A stretch of 64,000 nt of DNA from Eledone cirrhosa. Its lineage: Eukaryota. Positions 37,661-49,659 of the stretch are shown here, piece after piece. Below the pieces are notes generated by a model. It had not been told where the DNA came from, searched no databases, and was given only the letters and a program-made list of their open reading frames with translations. Within the stretch, counting starts at the first letter, position 1; each line of letters starts with the position of its first letter. Where the stretch lies: contig OZ024743.1 in the NCBI GenBank assembly GCA_964016885.1, forward strand, positions 140,182,001 to 140,246,000, read 5' to 3'. The position numbers and the translations under genes were made by a program.

Positions 37661-40600
37661 CTTGGTGCTTGGTGTTTGGTGTTTGGTGCTAGGTGCTTGG
37701 TGTTTGGTGTTTGGTGTTTGATGCTTGGTGTTTGGTGCTTGGTGTTTGGTGCTTGGTGCCTGGGGCTTGGTGTTTGGTGCTTGGTGCTTGGTGCTTGGTG
37801 TTTGGTGCTTGGTGCTTGGTGTTTGGTGTTTGGTGTTTGGTGCTTGGTGCTTGGTGTTTGGTGCTTGGTGCTTGGTGCTGGGTGGTTGGTATTTGGTGCT
37901 TGGTGCTTGGTGTTTGGTGCTTGGTGCTTGGTGCTTGGTGTTTGGTGCTTGGTGCTTGGTGCTTGGTCTTTGGTGCTTGGTGTTTGGTGTTTGGTGCTTG
38001 GTGCTTTGTGTTTGGTGCTTGGTGATTAGTGTTTGGTGCTTGGTACTTGGTGTTTGGTGCTTGGTGTTTGGTGTTTGCTGTTTGGTGTTTGGTGTTTGGT
38101 GTTTGCTGTTTGGTGTCTGCTTTTTGGTGTTTGGTGTTTGCTGTATGGTGTTTGCTGTTTCGTGTTTGGTGTTTGCTGTTTGGTGTTTGGTGTTTGCTGT
38201 TTGGTGTTTGGTCTTTGGTGCTTGGTGTTTGGTGCTTGGTGCTTGGTGTTTGGTGTTTGGTGCTTGGTGCTTGGTGCTTGGTGTTTGGTGCTTGGTGTCT
38301 GGTGCTTGGTGTCTGGTGCTTGGTGTTTGGTGTTTGGTGTTTGGTGCTTGGTGTTTGGTGTTTGGTGTTTGGTGTTTGGTGCTTGTTGCTTGGTGCTTGG
38401 TGCTTGGTGTTTGGTGCTTGGTGCTTGGTGTTTGGTGCTGGGTGCTTGGTGTTTGGTGCTTGGTGCTTGGTGCTCGGTGTTTGGTGTTTGGTGCTTGGTG
38501 CTTGGTGTTTGGTCTTTGGTGTTATATGCTTGGTGTTTGATGCTTGGTGCTTGGTGCTTGGTGTTTCGTGTTTGGTGATTGGTGTTTTATGCTTGGTGTT
38601 TGATGTTTGGTGCTTGGTGCTTGGTGTTTGGTGCTTGGTGCTTGGTGTTTGTACTTGGTGCTTGGTGCTTGGTTCTTGGTGTTTGGTGCTTGGTGCTTGG
38701 TGCTTGGTGCTTGGTGTTTGGTGCTTGGGGTTTGGTGCTTGGTGTTCGGTGCTTGCTGCCTGGTGCTTGGTGCTTGGTGCTTGGTGTTTGGTGCTTGGTG
38801 TTTGGTGCTTGGTATTAGGTGTTTGGTGCTTGGTGCTTGGTGTTTGGTGTTTGGTGCTTGGTGTTTGGTGCTTGGTGTTTGGTGTTTGGTGCTTGGTGTT
38901 TGGTGCTTGGTACTTGGTGCTTGGTGCTTGGTGTTAGGTGTTTGGTGCTTTGTGCTTGGTGTTTGGTTTTTGGTGCTTGGTGCTTGGTGTTTGGTGTTTG
39001 GTGCTTGCTGCTGGCTGCTTGGTGTTTGGTGCTTGGTGATTGGTGCTTGGTGTTTGGTGCTTGGTGTTTGGTGTTTGGTACTAGGTGCTTGGTGCTTGGT
39101 GTTTGGTGCTTGGTGCTTGGTGTTTGGTGTTTGGTGCTTGGTGCTTGGTGTTTGGTGCTTGGTGCTGGGTTCTGGGTGGTTGGTGTTTGGTGCTTGGTGT
39201 TTGGTGCTGGGTGCTTGGTGTTTGGTGCTTGGTGCTTGGTCTTTGGTGTTTGGTGTTTGGTGTTTGGGGCTTGGTGCTTGGTGCTTAGTGTTTGGTGCTA
39301 GGTGCTTGGGGTTTGGTGTTTGGTGCTTGGTGCTTGGTGTTTGGTGTTTGGTGCTTGGTGCTTGGTGTTTGGTGTTTGGTGTTTGGTGCTTGGTGCTTGG
39401 TGTTTGGTGCTTGGTGCTGGGTGGTTGGTGTTTGGTGCTTGGTGCTTGGTGTTTCGTGCTAGGTGCATGGTGCTTGGTGTTTGGTGCTTGGTGCTTGGTG
39501 CTTGGTCTTTGGTGTTTGGTGTTTAGTGCTTGGTGCTTGGTGCTTGGTGCTTGGTGCTTGGTCCTTGGTGTTTGGTGCTTGGTGCTTGGTGTTTGGTGTT
39601 TGGTGCTTGGTGCTTGGTGCTTCGTGTTTGGTGTTTGGTGCTTGGTGTCTGGAGCTTGGTGTTTGGTGTTTGGTGCTTGGTGTTTGGTGTTTGGTGCTTG
39701 GTGCTTGGTGTTTGGTGCTTGGTGCTTGGTGTTTGTACTTGGTGCTTGGTGCTTGGTGTTTGGTGCTTGGTTCTTGGTGTTTGGTGCTTGGTGTTTGGAG
39801 CTTGGTGCTTGGTGTTTGGTGCTTGGTGCTTGGTGTTTGTACTTGGTGCTTGGTGCTTGGTGTTTGGTGCTTGGTTCTTGGTGTTTGGTGCTTGGTGTTT
39901 GGAGCTTGGTGCTTGGTGTTTGGTTTTTGGTGCTTGGTGTTTGGTGTTTGGTGCTTGGTGCTTGGTGTTTGGTGTTTGGTGCTTGGTGTTTGGTGTTTGG
40001 TGCTTGGTGATTAGTGTTTGGTGCTTGGTACTTGGTGTTTGGTGCTTGGTGTTTGGTGTTTGCTGTTTGGTGTTTGGTGTTTGGTGTTTGCTGTTTGGTG
40101 TCTGCTTTTTGGTGTTTGGTGTTTGCTGTATGGTGTTTGCTGTTTGGTGTTTGGTGTTTGGTGTTTGGTGCTTGGTGTTTGGTGTTTGGTGCTTGGTGCT
40201 TGGAGTTTGGTGTTTGGTGCTTGGTGCTTGGTGCTTGGTGCTTGGTCCTTGGTGTTTGGTGCTTGGTGCTTGGTGTTTGTACTTGGTGCTTGGTGTTTGG
40301 TTTTTGGTGCTAGGTGCTTGGTGCTTGGTGTTTGTTGCTTGGTTTTTGGTGTTTGGTGCTTGGTGCTTGGGGCTTGGTGTTTGGTGCTTGGTGCTTGGTG
40401 TTTGGTGCTTGGTGCTTGGTGTTTGGTGTTTGGTGCTTGGTGCTTGGTGTTTGGTGTTTCCTGTTTGCTGTTTGGTGTTTGGTGTTTGGTGTTTGCTGTT
40501 TGGTGTCTGCTTTTTGGGGTTTGGTGTTTGCTGTATGTTATTTGCTGTTTGGTGTTTGGTGTTTGGTGTTTGGTGCTTGGTGCTTGGTGTTTGGTGCTTG

Positions 40601-41239
40601 GTACTTGGTGTTTGGTGCCTGGTGCTTGGGGCTTGGTGTTTGGTGTTTGGTGCTTGGTGCTTGGAGTTTGGTGTTTGGTGCTTGGTGCTTGGTGCTTGGT
40701 GCTTGGTCCTTGGTGTTTGGTGCTTGGTGCTTGGTGTTTGTACTTGGTGCTTGGTGCTTGGTGTTTGGTTCTTGGTTCTTGGTGTTTGGTACTTGGTGCT
40801 TGGTGCTTGGTGCTTGGTGTTTGGTGTTTGGTGCTTGGTGTTTGGTGCTTGGTGCTTGGTGCTTGGTGTTAGGTGTTTGGTGCTTGGTGCTTGGTGTTTG
40901 GTGCTTGGTGTTTGGTGTTTGGTGCTTGGTGTTTGGTGTTTGGTGTTTGGTGTTTGGTGTTTGCTGTTTGGTGTTTGGTGTTTGGTGTTTGGTGTTTGCT
41001 GTATGGTGTTTGCTGTTTCGTGTTTGGTGTTTGCTGTTTTCTGTTTGGTGTTTGCTGTTTGGTGTTTGGTCTTTGGTGCTTGGTGTTTGGTGCTTGGTGC
41101 TTGGTGTTTGGTGTTTGGTGCTTGGTGCTTGGTGCTTCGTGTTTGGTGTTTGGTGCTTGGTGTCTGGAGCTTGGTGTTTGGTGTTTGGTGCTTGGTGTTT
41201 GGTGTTTGGTGCTTGGTGCTTGGTGTTTGGTGCTTGGTG

Positions 41240-44200
41240 CTTGGTGTTTGTACTTGGTGCTTGGTGCTTGGTGTTTGGTGCTTGTTTCTTGGTGTTTGGT
41301 GCTTGGTGTTTGGTGCTTGGTGCTTGGTGTTTGGTGCTTGGTGCTTGGTGCTTGGTGCTTGGTGTTAGGTGTTTGGTGCTTGGTGCTTGGTGTTTGGTGT
41401 TTGGTTCTTGGTGCTTGGTATTTGGTGCTTGGTGCTTGCTGCTTGGTGTTTGGTGCTTGGTGATTGATGCTTGGTCTTTGGTGCTTGGTGCTTGGTGTTT
41501 GGTTTTTGGTGCTAGGTGCTTGGTGCTTGGTGTTTGGTGCTTGGTGTTTGGTGTTTGGTGCTTGGTGCTTGGTGTTTGGTACTTGGTGCTTGGTGCTTGG
41601 TGTTTGGTGCTTGGTGCTTGGTGTTTGGTGTTTGGTGTTTGGTGCTTGGTGCTTGGTGTTTGGTGCTGGGTGCTTGGTGCTGGGTGGTTGGTGTTTGGTG
41701 CTTGGTGCTTGGTGTTTGGTGCTAGGTGCATGGTGCTTGGTGTTTGGTGCTTGGTGCTTGGTGCTAGGTCTTTGGTATTTGGTGTTTAGTGCTTGGTGCT
41801 TGGTGCTTGGTGCTTGGTGCTTGGTCCTTGGTGTTTGGTGCTTGGTGCTTGGTGTTTGGTGTTTGGTGCTTGGTGCTTGGTGCTTCGTGTTTGGTGTTTG
41901 GTGCTTGGTGTCTGGAGCTTGGTGTTTGGTGTTTGGTGCTTGGTGCTTGGTGTTTGGTGCTTGGTGCTTGGTGTTTGGTGCTTGGTGCTTGGTGTTTGTA
42001 CTTGGTGTTTGGTGCTTGGTGTTTGGTGCTTGGTTCTTGGTGTTTGGTGCTTGGTGTTTGGAGCTTGGTGCTTGGTGTTTGGTGCTTGGTGCTTGGTGTT
42101 TGTACTTGGTGCTTGGTGCTTGGTGTTTGGTGCTTGGTTCTTGGTGTTTGGTGCTTGGTGTTTGGAGCTTAGTGCTTGGTGTTTGGTGCTTGGTGCTTGG
42201 TGTTTGGTGTTTGGTGCTTGGTGCTAGGTGTTTGGTGCTTGGTGCTTGGTGTTTGGTGTTTGGTTCTTGGTGCTTGGTATTTGGTGCTTTGTGCTTGCTG
42301 CTTGGTGTTTGGTGCTTGGTGATTGATGCTTGGTGTTTGGTGCTTGGTGCTTGGTGTTTGGTTTTTGGTGCTAGGTGCTTGGTGCTTGGTGTTTGTTGCT
42401 TGGTTTTTGGTGTTTGGTGCTTGGTGCTTGGGGCTTGGTGTTTGGTACTTGGTGCTTGGTGCTTGGTGTTTGGTGCTTGGTGCTTGGTGTTTGGTGTTTG
42501 GTGTTTGGTGCTTGGTGCTTGGTGTTTGGTGCTTGGTGCTTGGTGCTGGGTGGTTGGTGTTTGGTGCTTGGTGCTTGGTGTTTGGTGCTTGGTGCATGGT
42601 GCTTGGTGTTTGGTGCTTGGTGCTTGGTGCTTGGTCTTTGGTGTTTGGTGTTTAGTGGTTGGTGCTTGGTGCTTGGTGCTTGGTGCACTGTGATTAGTGT
42701 TTGGTGCTTGGTCCTTGGGGTTTGGTGTTTGGTGCTTGGTGCTTGGGGTTTGGTGCTTGGTACTTGGTGTTTGGTGCTTGGTGTTTGCTGTTTGCTGTTT
42801 GGTGTTTTTGGTGTTTGCTGTTTGCTGTTTGGTGTTTGCTCTATGGTGTTTGCTGTTTCATGTTTGGTGTTTGCTGTTTGGTGTTTGGTGTTTGCTGTTT
42901 GGTGTTTGGTCTTTGGTGCATGGTGTTTGGTGTTTGGTGCTTGGTGCTTGGTGCTTGGTGTTTGGTGTTTGGTGTTTGGTGCTTGGTGCCTGGTGCTTGT
43001 AGTTTGGTGATTGGTGCTTGGTGTTTGCTGTTTGGTGTTTGGTGTTTGCTGTTTGCTGTTTGGTGTTTGGTGCTTGGTGCTTGGTGCTTGGTGTTTGGTG
43101 CTTGGTGCTTGGTGTTTGGTGTTTGGTGCTTGGTGTTTGGTGCTTGGTGCCTGGTGCTTGTTGTTTGGTGCTTGGTGTTTGGTGTTTGGTGTTTGGTGCT
43201 TGGTGTTTGGTGCTTGGTGTTTGGTGTTTGGTGCTTGGTGCTTGGTGTTTGGTGTTTGATGCTTGGTGCTTGGTGCTTGGTGTTTGGTGTTTGCTGCTTG
43301 GTGTCTGGTGCTTGGTGCTGGGTGCTTGGTGTTTGGTGCTTTGTGTTTGGTGCTTGGTGCTTGGTGCTTGGTGTTAGGTGTTTGGTGCTTGGTGTTTGGT
43401 GTTTGGTGCTTCATGCTTGGTGCTTGGTGTTTGGTGCTTGGTGCTTGGTGTTTGGTGCTTGGTGCCTGGTGCATGGTGTTTGGTGCTTGATGCTTGGTGA
43501 TTGGTGTTTGCTGTTAGGTGTTTGGTGCTTGGTGCTTGGTGTTTGGTGCTTGGTGCTTGGTGTTTGGTGTTTGGTGCCTGGTGATTGGTGCTTGGTGTAT
43601 GGTGCTTGGTGCTTGGTGTTTGGTGCTAGGTGCGTGGTGCTTGGTGCTTGGTGTTTGGTGCTTGGTGTTTGGTGCTTGGCACTTGGGGCTTGGTGTTTGG
43701 TGCTTGGTGCTTGGTGCTTGGTGTTTGGTGCTTGGTGCTTGGTGTTTGGTGTTTGGTGCTTGGTGTTTGGTGCTTGGTGCTTGGTGCTGGGTGATTGGTG
43801 TTTGGTGCTTGGTGCTTGGTGTTTGGTGTTTGGTGCTTGGTGCTTGGTGCTTGGTGTTTGGTGCTTGGTGCTTGGTGCTTGGTCTTTGGTGCTTGGTGTT
43901 CGGTGTTTGGTGCTTGGTGCTTGGTGTTTGGTGCTTGGTGCTTGGTGATTAGTGTTTAGTGCTTGCTGCTTGGGGCTTGGTGTTTGGTGCTTGGTGCTTG
44001 GTGTTTGGTGCTTGGTGCTTGGTGTTTGGTGCTTGGTGTTTGGTTTTTGCTGTTTGGTGTTTGGTGTTTGGTGTTTGCTGTTTGCTGTTTGCTTTTTGGT
44101 GTTTGGTGTTTGCTGTATGGTGTTTGCTGTTTCGTGTTTATTGTTTGCTGTTTGGTGTTTGGTGTTTGGTGTTTGCTGTTTCCTGTTTGGTCTTTAGTCT

Positions 44201-47200
44201 TTGGTGCTTGGTGTTTGGTGCTTGGTGCTTGGTGTTTGGTATTTGGTGCTTGGTGTTTGGTGCTTGGTGCTTGGTGTTTGGTATTTGGGGCTTGGTGATT
44301 GGTGCTTTGTGCTTGGTGTTTGGTGTTTGGTGCTTGGGGCTTGGTGTTTGGTGCTGCGTGCTTGGTGATTGGTGCTTGGTGCTTGGTGTTTTGTGTTTGG
44401 TGTTTGATGCTTGGTGTTTGGTGTTTGGTGCTTGGTGCTTGGTGTTTGGTGTTTGATGCTTGGTGCTTGATGCTTGGTGCTTGGTGCTTGGTGTTTGGTG
44501 CTTGGTGCTTGGTGTTTGTACTTGTTGCTTGGTGCTTGGTGTTTGGTGCTTGGTTTTTGGTGCTTGGTGTTTGGTGTTTGCTGTTTGCTGTTTGGTGCTT
44601 GGTGTTTGCTGTTTGGTGTTTGTTGTTTGGTGTTTGCTGTTTGGTGTTTGCTGTTTGGTGTTTGGTGCTTGCTGTTTTGTGCTTGGTGTTTGGTGCTTGG
44701 TGCTTAGTGTTTGGTGTTTGGTGTTTGGTGCTTGGTGCTTGGGGCTTGGTGTTTGGTGCTTGGTGCTTGGTGCTTGGTGCTTGGTGCATGGTGCTTGGTG
44801 CTTGGTGTTTGTCGCTTGGTGCTTGGTGCTTGGTGTTTGGTGCTTGGTGTTTGGTGTTTGGTGCTTGGTGTTTGGTGTTTGGTGTTTGGTGTTTGGTGTT
44901 TGGTGTTTGGTGTTTGCTGTTTGCTGTTTGGTGTCTGCTTTTTGGTGTTTGGTGTTTTCTGTATGGTGTTTGCTGTTTCGTGCTTGGTGTTTGCTGTTTG
45001 GTGTTTGCGGTTTGCTGTTTGGTGTTTGGTGCTTGGTGCTTGGTGCTTGGTGTTTGGTATTTGGTGCTTGGTGTTTGGTGTTTGGTTCTTGGTGCTTGGA
45101 TTTTGGTGCTTGGTGCCTGGTGCTTGGTGTTTGGTGTTTGATGCTTGGAGCTTGATGCTTGGTGCTTGGTGTTTGGTGCTTGGTGCTTGGTGTTTGTACT
45201 TGTTACTTGGTGCTTGGTGTCTGGTGTTTGGTGCTTGGTGTCTGGTGTTTTGTGCTTGGTGTTTGGTGTTTGGTGCTTGGTGCTTGGTGTTTGTACTTGG
45301 TGCTTTGTGCTTGGTGTTTGGTGCTTGTTTCTTGGTGTTTGGTGCTTGGTGTTTGGTGCTTGGTGCTTGGTGTTTGGTGCTTGGTGCTTGGTGCTTGGTG
45401 CTTGGTGTTAGGTGTTTGGTGCTTGGTGCTTGGTGTTTGGTGTTTGGTTCTTGGTGCTTGGTATTTGGTGCTTGGTGCTTGCTGCTTGGTGTTTGGTGCT
45501 TGGTGATTGATGCTTGGTGTTTGGTGCTTGGTGCTTGGTGTTTGGTTTTTGGTGCTAGGTGCTTGGTGCTTGGTGTTTGGTGCTTGGTGTTTGGTGTTTG
45601 GTGCTTGGTGCTTGGTGTTTGGTACTTGGTGCTTGGTGCTTGGTGTTTGGTGCTTGGTGCTTGGTGTTTGGTGTTTGGTGTTTGGTGCTTGGTGCTTGGT
45701 GTTTGGTGCTGGGTGCTTGGTGCTGGGTGGTTGGTGTTTGGTGCTTGGTGCTTGGTGTTTGGTGCTAGGTGCATGGTGCTTGGTGTTTGGTGTTTAGTGC
45801 TTGGTGCTTGGTGCTTGGTGCTTGGTGCTTGGTCCTTGGTGTTTGGTGCTTGGTGCTTGGTGTTTGGTGTTTGGTGCTTGGTGCTTGGTGCTTCGTGTTT
45901 GGTGTTTGGTGCTTGGTGTCTGGAGCTTGGTGTTTGGTGTTTGGTGCTTGGTGTTTGGTGTTTGGTGCTTGGTGCTTGGTGTTTGGTGCTTGGTGCTTGG
46001 TGTTTGTACTTGGTGTTTGGTGCTTGGTGTTTGGTGCTTGGTTCTTGGTGTTTGGTGCTTGGTGTTTGGAGCTTGGTGCTTGGTGTTTGGTGCTTGGTGC
46101 TTGGTGTTTGTACTTGGTGCTTGGTGCTTGGTGTTTGGTGCTTGGTTCTTGGTGTTTGGTGCTTGGTGTTTGGAGCTTGGTGCTTGGTGTTTGGTGCTTG
46201 GTGCTTGGTGTTTGGTGTTTGGTGCTTGGTGCTAGGTGTTTGGTGCTTGGTGCTTGGTGTTTGGTGTTTGGTTCTTGGTGCTTGGTATTTGGTGCTTTGT
46301 GCTTGCTGCTTGGTGTTTGGTGCTTGGTGATTGATGCTTGGTGTTTGGTGCTTGGTGCTTGGTGTTTGGTTTTTGGTGCTAGGTGCTTGGTGCTTGGTGT
46401 TTGTTGCTTGGTGTTTGGTGTTTGGTGCTTGGTGCTTGGGGCTTGGTGTTTGGTACTTGGTGCTTGGTGCTTGGTGTTTGGTGCTTGGTGCTTGGTGTTT
46501 GGTGTTTGGTGTTTGGTGCTTGGTGCTTGGTGTTTGGTGCTTGGTGCTTGGTGCTGGGTGGTTGGTGTTTGGTGCTTGGTGCTTGGTGTTTGGTGCTTGG
46601 TGCATGGTGCTTGGTGTTTGGTGCTTGGTGCTTGGTGCTTGGTCTTTGGTGTTTGGTGTTTAGTGCTTGGTGCTTGGTGCTTGGTGCTTGGTGCATTGTG
46701 ATTAGTGTTTGGTGCTTGGTCCTTGGGGTTTGGTGTTTGGTGCTTGGTGCTTGGTGTTTGGTGCTGGGTACTTGGTGTTTGGTGCTTGGTGTTTGCTGTT
46801 TGCTGTTTGGTGTTTTTGGTGTTTGCTGTTTGCTGTTTGGTGTCTGCTTTTTGGTGTTTGGTGTTTGCTCTATGGTGTTTGCTGTTTCATGTTTGGTGTT
46901 TGCTGTTTGGTGTTTGGTGTTTGCTGTTTGGTGTTTGGTCTTTGGTGCATGGTGTTTGGTGTTTGGTGCTTGGTGCTTGGTGCTTGGTGTTTGGTGTTGT
47001 GGTGTTTGGTGCTTGGTGCCTGGTGCTTGTAGTTTGGTGATTGGTGCTTGGTGTTTGCTGTTTGGTGTTTGATGTTTGGTGTTTGCTGTTTGGTGTTTGG
47101 TGCTTGGTGCTTGGTGCTTGGTGTTTGGTGCTTGGTGCTTGGTGTTTGGTGTTTGGTGCTTGGTGTTTGGTGCTTGGTGCCTGGTGCTTGTTGTTTGGTG

Positions 47201-47770
47201 CTTGGTGTTTGGTGTTTGGTGTTTGGTGCTTGGTGTTTGGTGCTTGGTGTTTGGTGTTTGGTGCTTGGTGCTTGGTGTTTGGTGTTTGATGCTTGGTGCT
47301 TGGTGCTTGGTGTTTGGTGTTTGCTGCTTGGTGTCTGGTTCCTGGTGCTGGGTGCTTGGTGTTTGGTGCTTGGTGTTTGGTGCTTGGTGCTTGGTGCTTG
47401 GTGTTAGGTGTTTGGTGCTTGGTGTTTGGTGTTTGGTGCTTCATGCTTGGTGCTTGGTGTTTGGTGCTTGGTGCTTGGTGTTTGGTGCTTGGTGCCTGGT
47501 GCATGGTGTTTGGTGCTTGATGCTTGGTGATTGGTGTTTGCTGTTAGGTGTTTGGTGCTTGGTGCTTGGTGTTTGGTGCTTGGTGCTTGGTGTTTGGTGT
47601 TTGGTGCCTGGTGATTGGTGCTTGGTGTATGGTGCTTAGTGCTTGGTGTTTGGTGCTAGGTGCGTGGTGCTTGGTGCTTGGTGTTTGGTGCTTGGTGTTT
47701 GGTGCTTGGCACTTGGGGCTTGGTGTTTGGTGCTTGGTGCTTGGTGCTTGGTGTTTGGTGCTTGGTGCTT
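41240..47770 (+). repeat. Higher-order duplication, offset about 4.0 kb (4043/4008/4030 bp), second copy partial
   Basis: Offsets 4043 (41464/45507), 4008 (41793/45801, 42323/46331, 42697/46705) and 4030 (43011/47041, 43518/47548). Shared private variants include GCTCTATGG, TTTCATG, GTGCGTGG and a 2-bp TT register shift. Confidence 0.85.
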
Positions 47771-49659
47771 GGTGTTTGGTGCTTGGTGCTTGGTGTTTGG
47801 TGTTTAGTGCTTGGTGTTTGGTGTTTGGTGCTTGGTGCTTGGTGTTTGTTGCTTGGTACTTGGTGCATGGTGTTTGGTGCTGGGTGCTTGGTGTTTGGTG
47901 CTTGGTGTTTGGTGCTTGGTGCTTGGTGTTTGGTGTTTGGTGTTTGATGCTTGGTGCTTGGTGTTTGGTGCTTGGTGTTTGTACTTGGTGCTTGGTGCTT
48001 GGTGTTTTGTGCTTAGTTCTTGGTGTTTGGTGTTTGGCGCTTGGTGCTTGGTGTTTGGTGTTTGGTCCTTGGTGCTTCGTGTTTAGTGCTTGGTGCTTGG
48101 TGTTTGTTGTTTGGTGCTTTCTGCTTGCTGCTTGGTGTTTGGTGCTTGGTCATTGGTGTTTGGTGTTTGGTGTTTGGTGTTTGGTGCTTCGTGCTTGGGG
48201 TTTGGTGTTTGGTGCTTGGTGCTTGGTGCTTGGTCTTTGGTGCTTGGTGCTTGGTGTTTGGTGTTTCGTGTTTGGTGCTTGGTGCTTGGTGTTTGGTGCT
48301 TGGTGCTTGGTGCTGGGTGGTTGGTATTTGGTGCTTGGTGCTTGGTGTTTGGTGCTTGGTGCTTGGTGCTTGGTGTTTGGTGTTTCGTGTTTGGTGCTTG
48401 GTGCTTGGTGTTTGGTGCTTGGTGCTTGGTGCTGGGTGGTTGGTATTTGGTGCTTGGTGCTTGGTGTTTGGTGCTTGGTGCTTGGTGCTTGGTGTTTGGT
48501 GCTTGGTGCTTGGTGCTTGGTCTTTGGTGCTTGGTGTTTGGTGTTTGGTGCTTGGTGCTTGGTGCTTGGTGTTTGGTGCTTGGTGATTAGTGTTTGGTGC
48601 TTGGTGCTTGGGGTTTGGTGTTTGGTGCTTGGTACTTGGTGTCTGGTGCTTGGTGTTTGGTGTTTGCTGTTTGGTGTTTGGTGTTTGGTGTTTGGTGTTT
48701 GCTGTTTGGTGTCTGCTTTTTGGTGTTTGGTGTTTGCTGTATGGTGTTTGCTGTTTCGTGTTTGGTGTTTGCTGTTTGGTGTTTGGTGTTTGCTGTTAGG
48801 TGTCTGGTCTTTGGTGCTTGGTGTTTGGTGCTTGGTGTTTGGTGTTTGGTGCTTGGTGCTTGGTGTTTGGTGTTTGGTGCTTGGTGTTTGGTGTTTGGTG
48901 TTTGGTGCTTGGTGTTTGGTGTTTGGTGCCTGGTGTTTGGTGTTTATTGCTTGTTGCTTGGTGCTTGGTGCTTGGTGTTTGGTGTTTGGTGCTTGGTACT
49001 TGGTGTTTGGTGCTTGGTGCTTGGTGTTTGTACTTGGTGCTTGGTGCTTGGTGTTTGGTGCTTGGTTCTTGGTGTTTGGTGCTTGGGGTTTGGTGCTTGG
49101 TGCTTGGTGTTTGGTGCTTGGTGCTTGGTGCTTGGTGTTAGGTGTTTGGTTATTGGTGCTTGGTGTTTGGTGTTTGGTTCTTGGTGCTTGGTATTTGGTG
49201 CTTGGTGCTTGCTGCTTGGTGTTTGGTGCTTGGTGATTGATGCTTGGTGTTTGGTGCTTGGTGCTTGGTGTTTGGTTTTTGGTTCTAGGTGCTTGGTGCT
49301 TGGTGTTTGGTGCTTGGTGTTTGGTGTTTGGTGCTTGGTGCTTGGTGTTTGGTACTTGGTGCTTGGTGCTTGGTGTTTGGTGCTTGGTGTTTGGTGTTTG
49401 GTGCTTGGTGCTTGGTGTTTGGTACTTGGTGCTTGGTGCTTGGTGTTTGGTGCTTGGTGCTTGGTGTTTGGTGTTTGGTGTTTGGTGCCTGGTGCTTGGT
49501 GTTTGGTGCTTGGTGCTTGGTGTTTGTACTTGTTACTTGGTGCTTGGTGTCTGGTGTTTGGTGCTTGGTGTCTGGTGTTTTGTGCTTGGTGTTTGGTGTT
49601 TGGTGCTTGGTGCTTGGTGTTTGGTGTTTGGTGCTTGCTGCTTGGTGTTTGGTGTTTAG

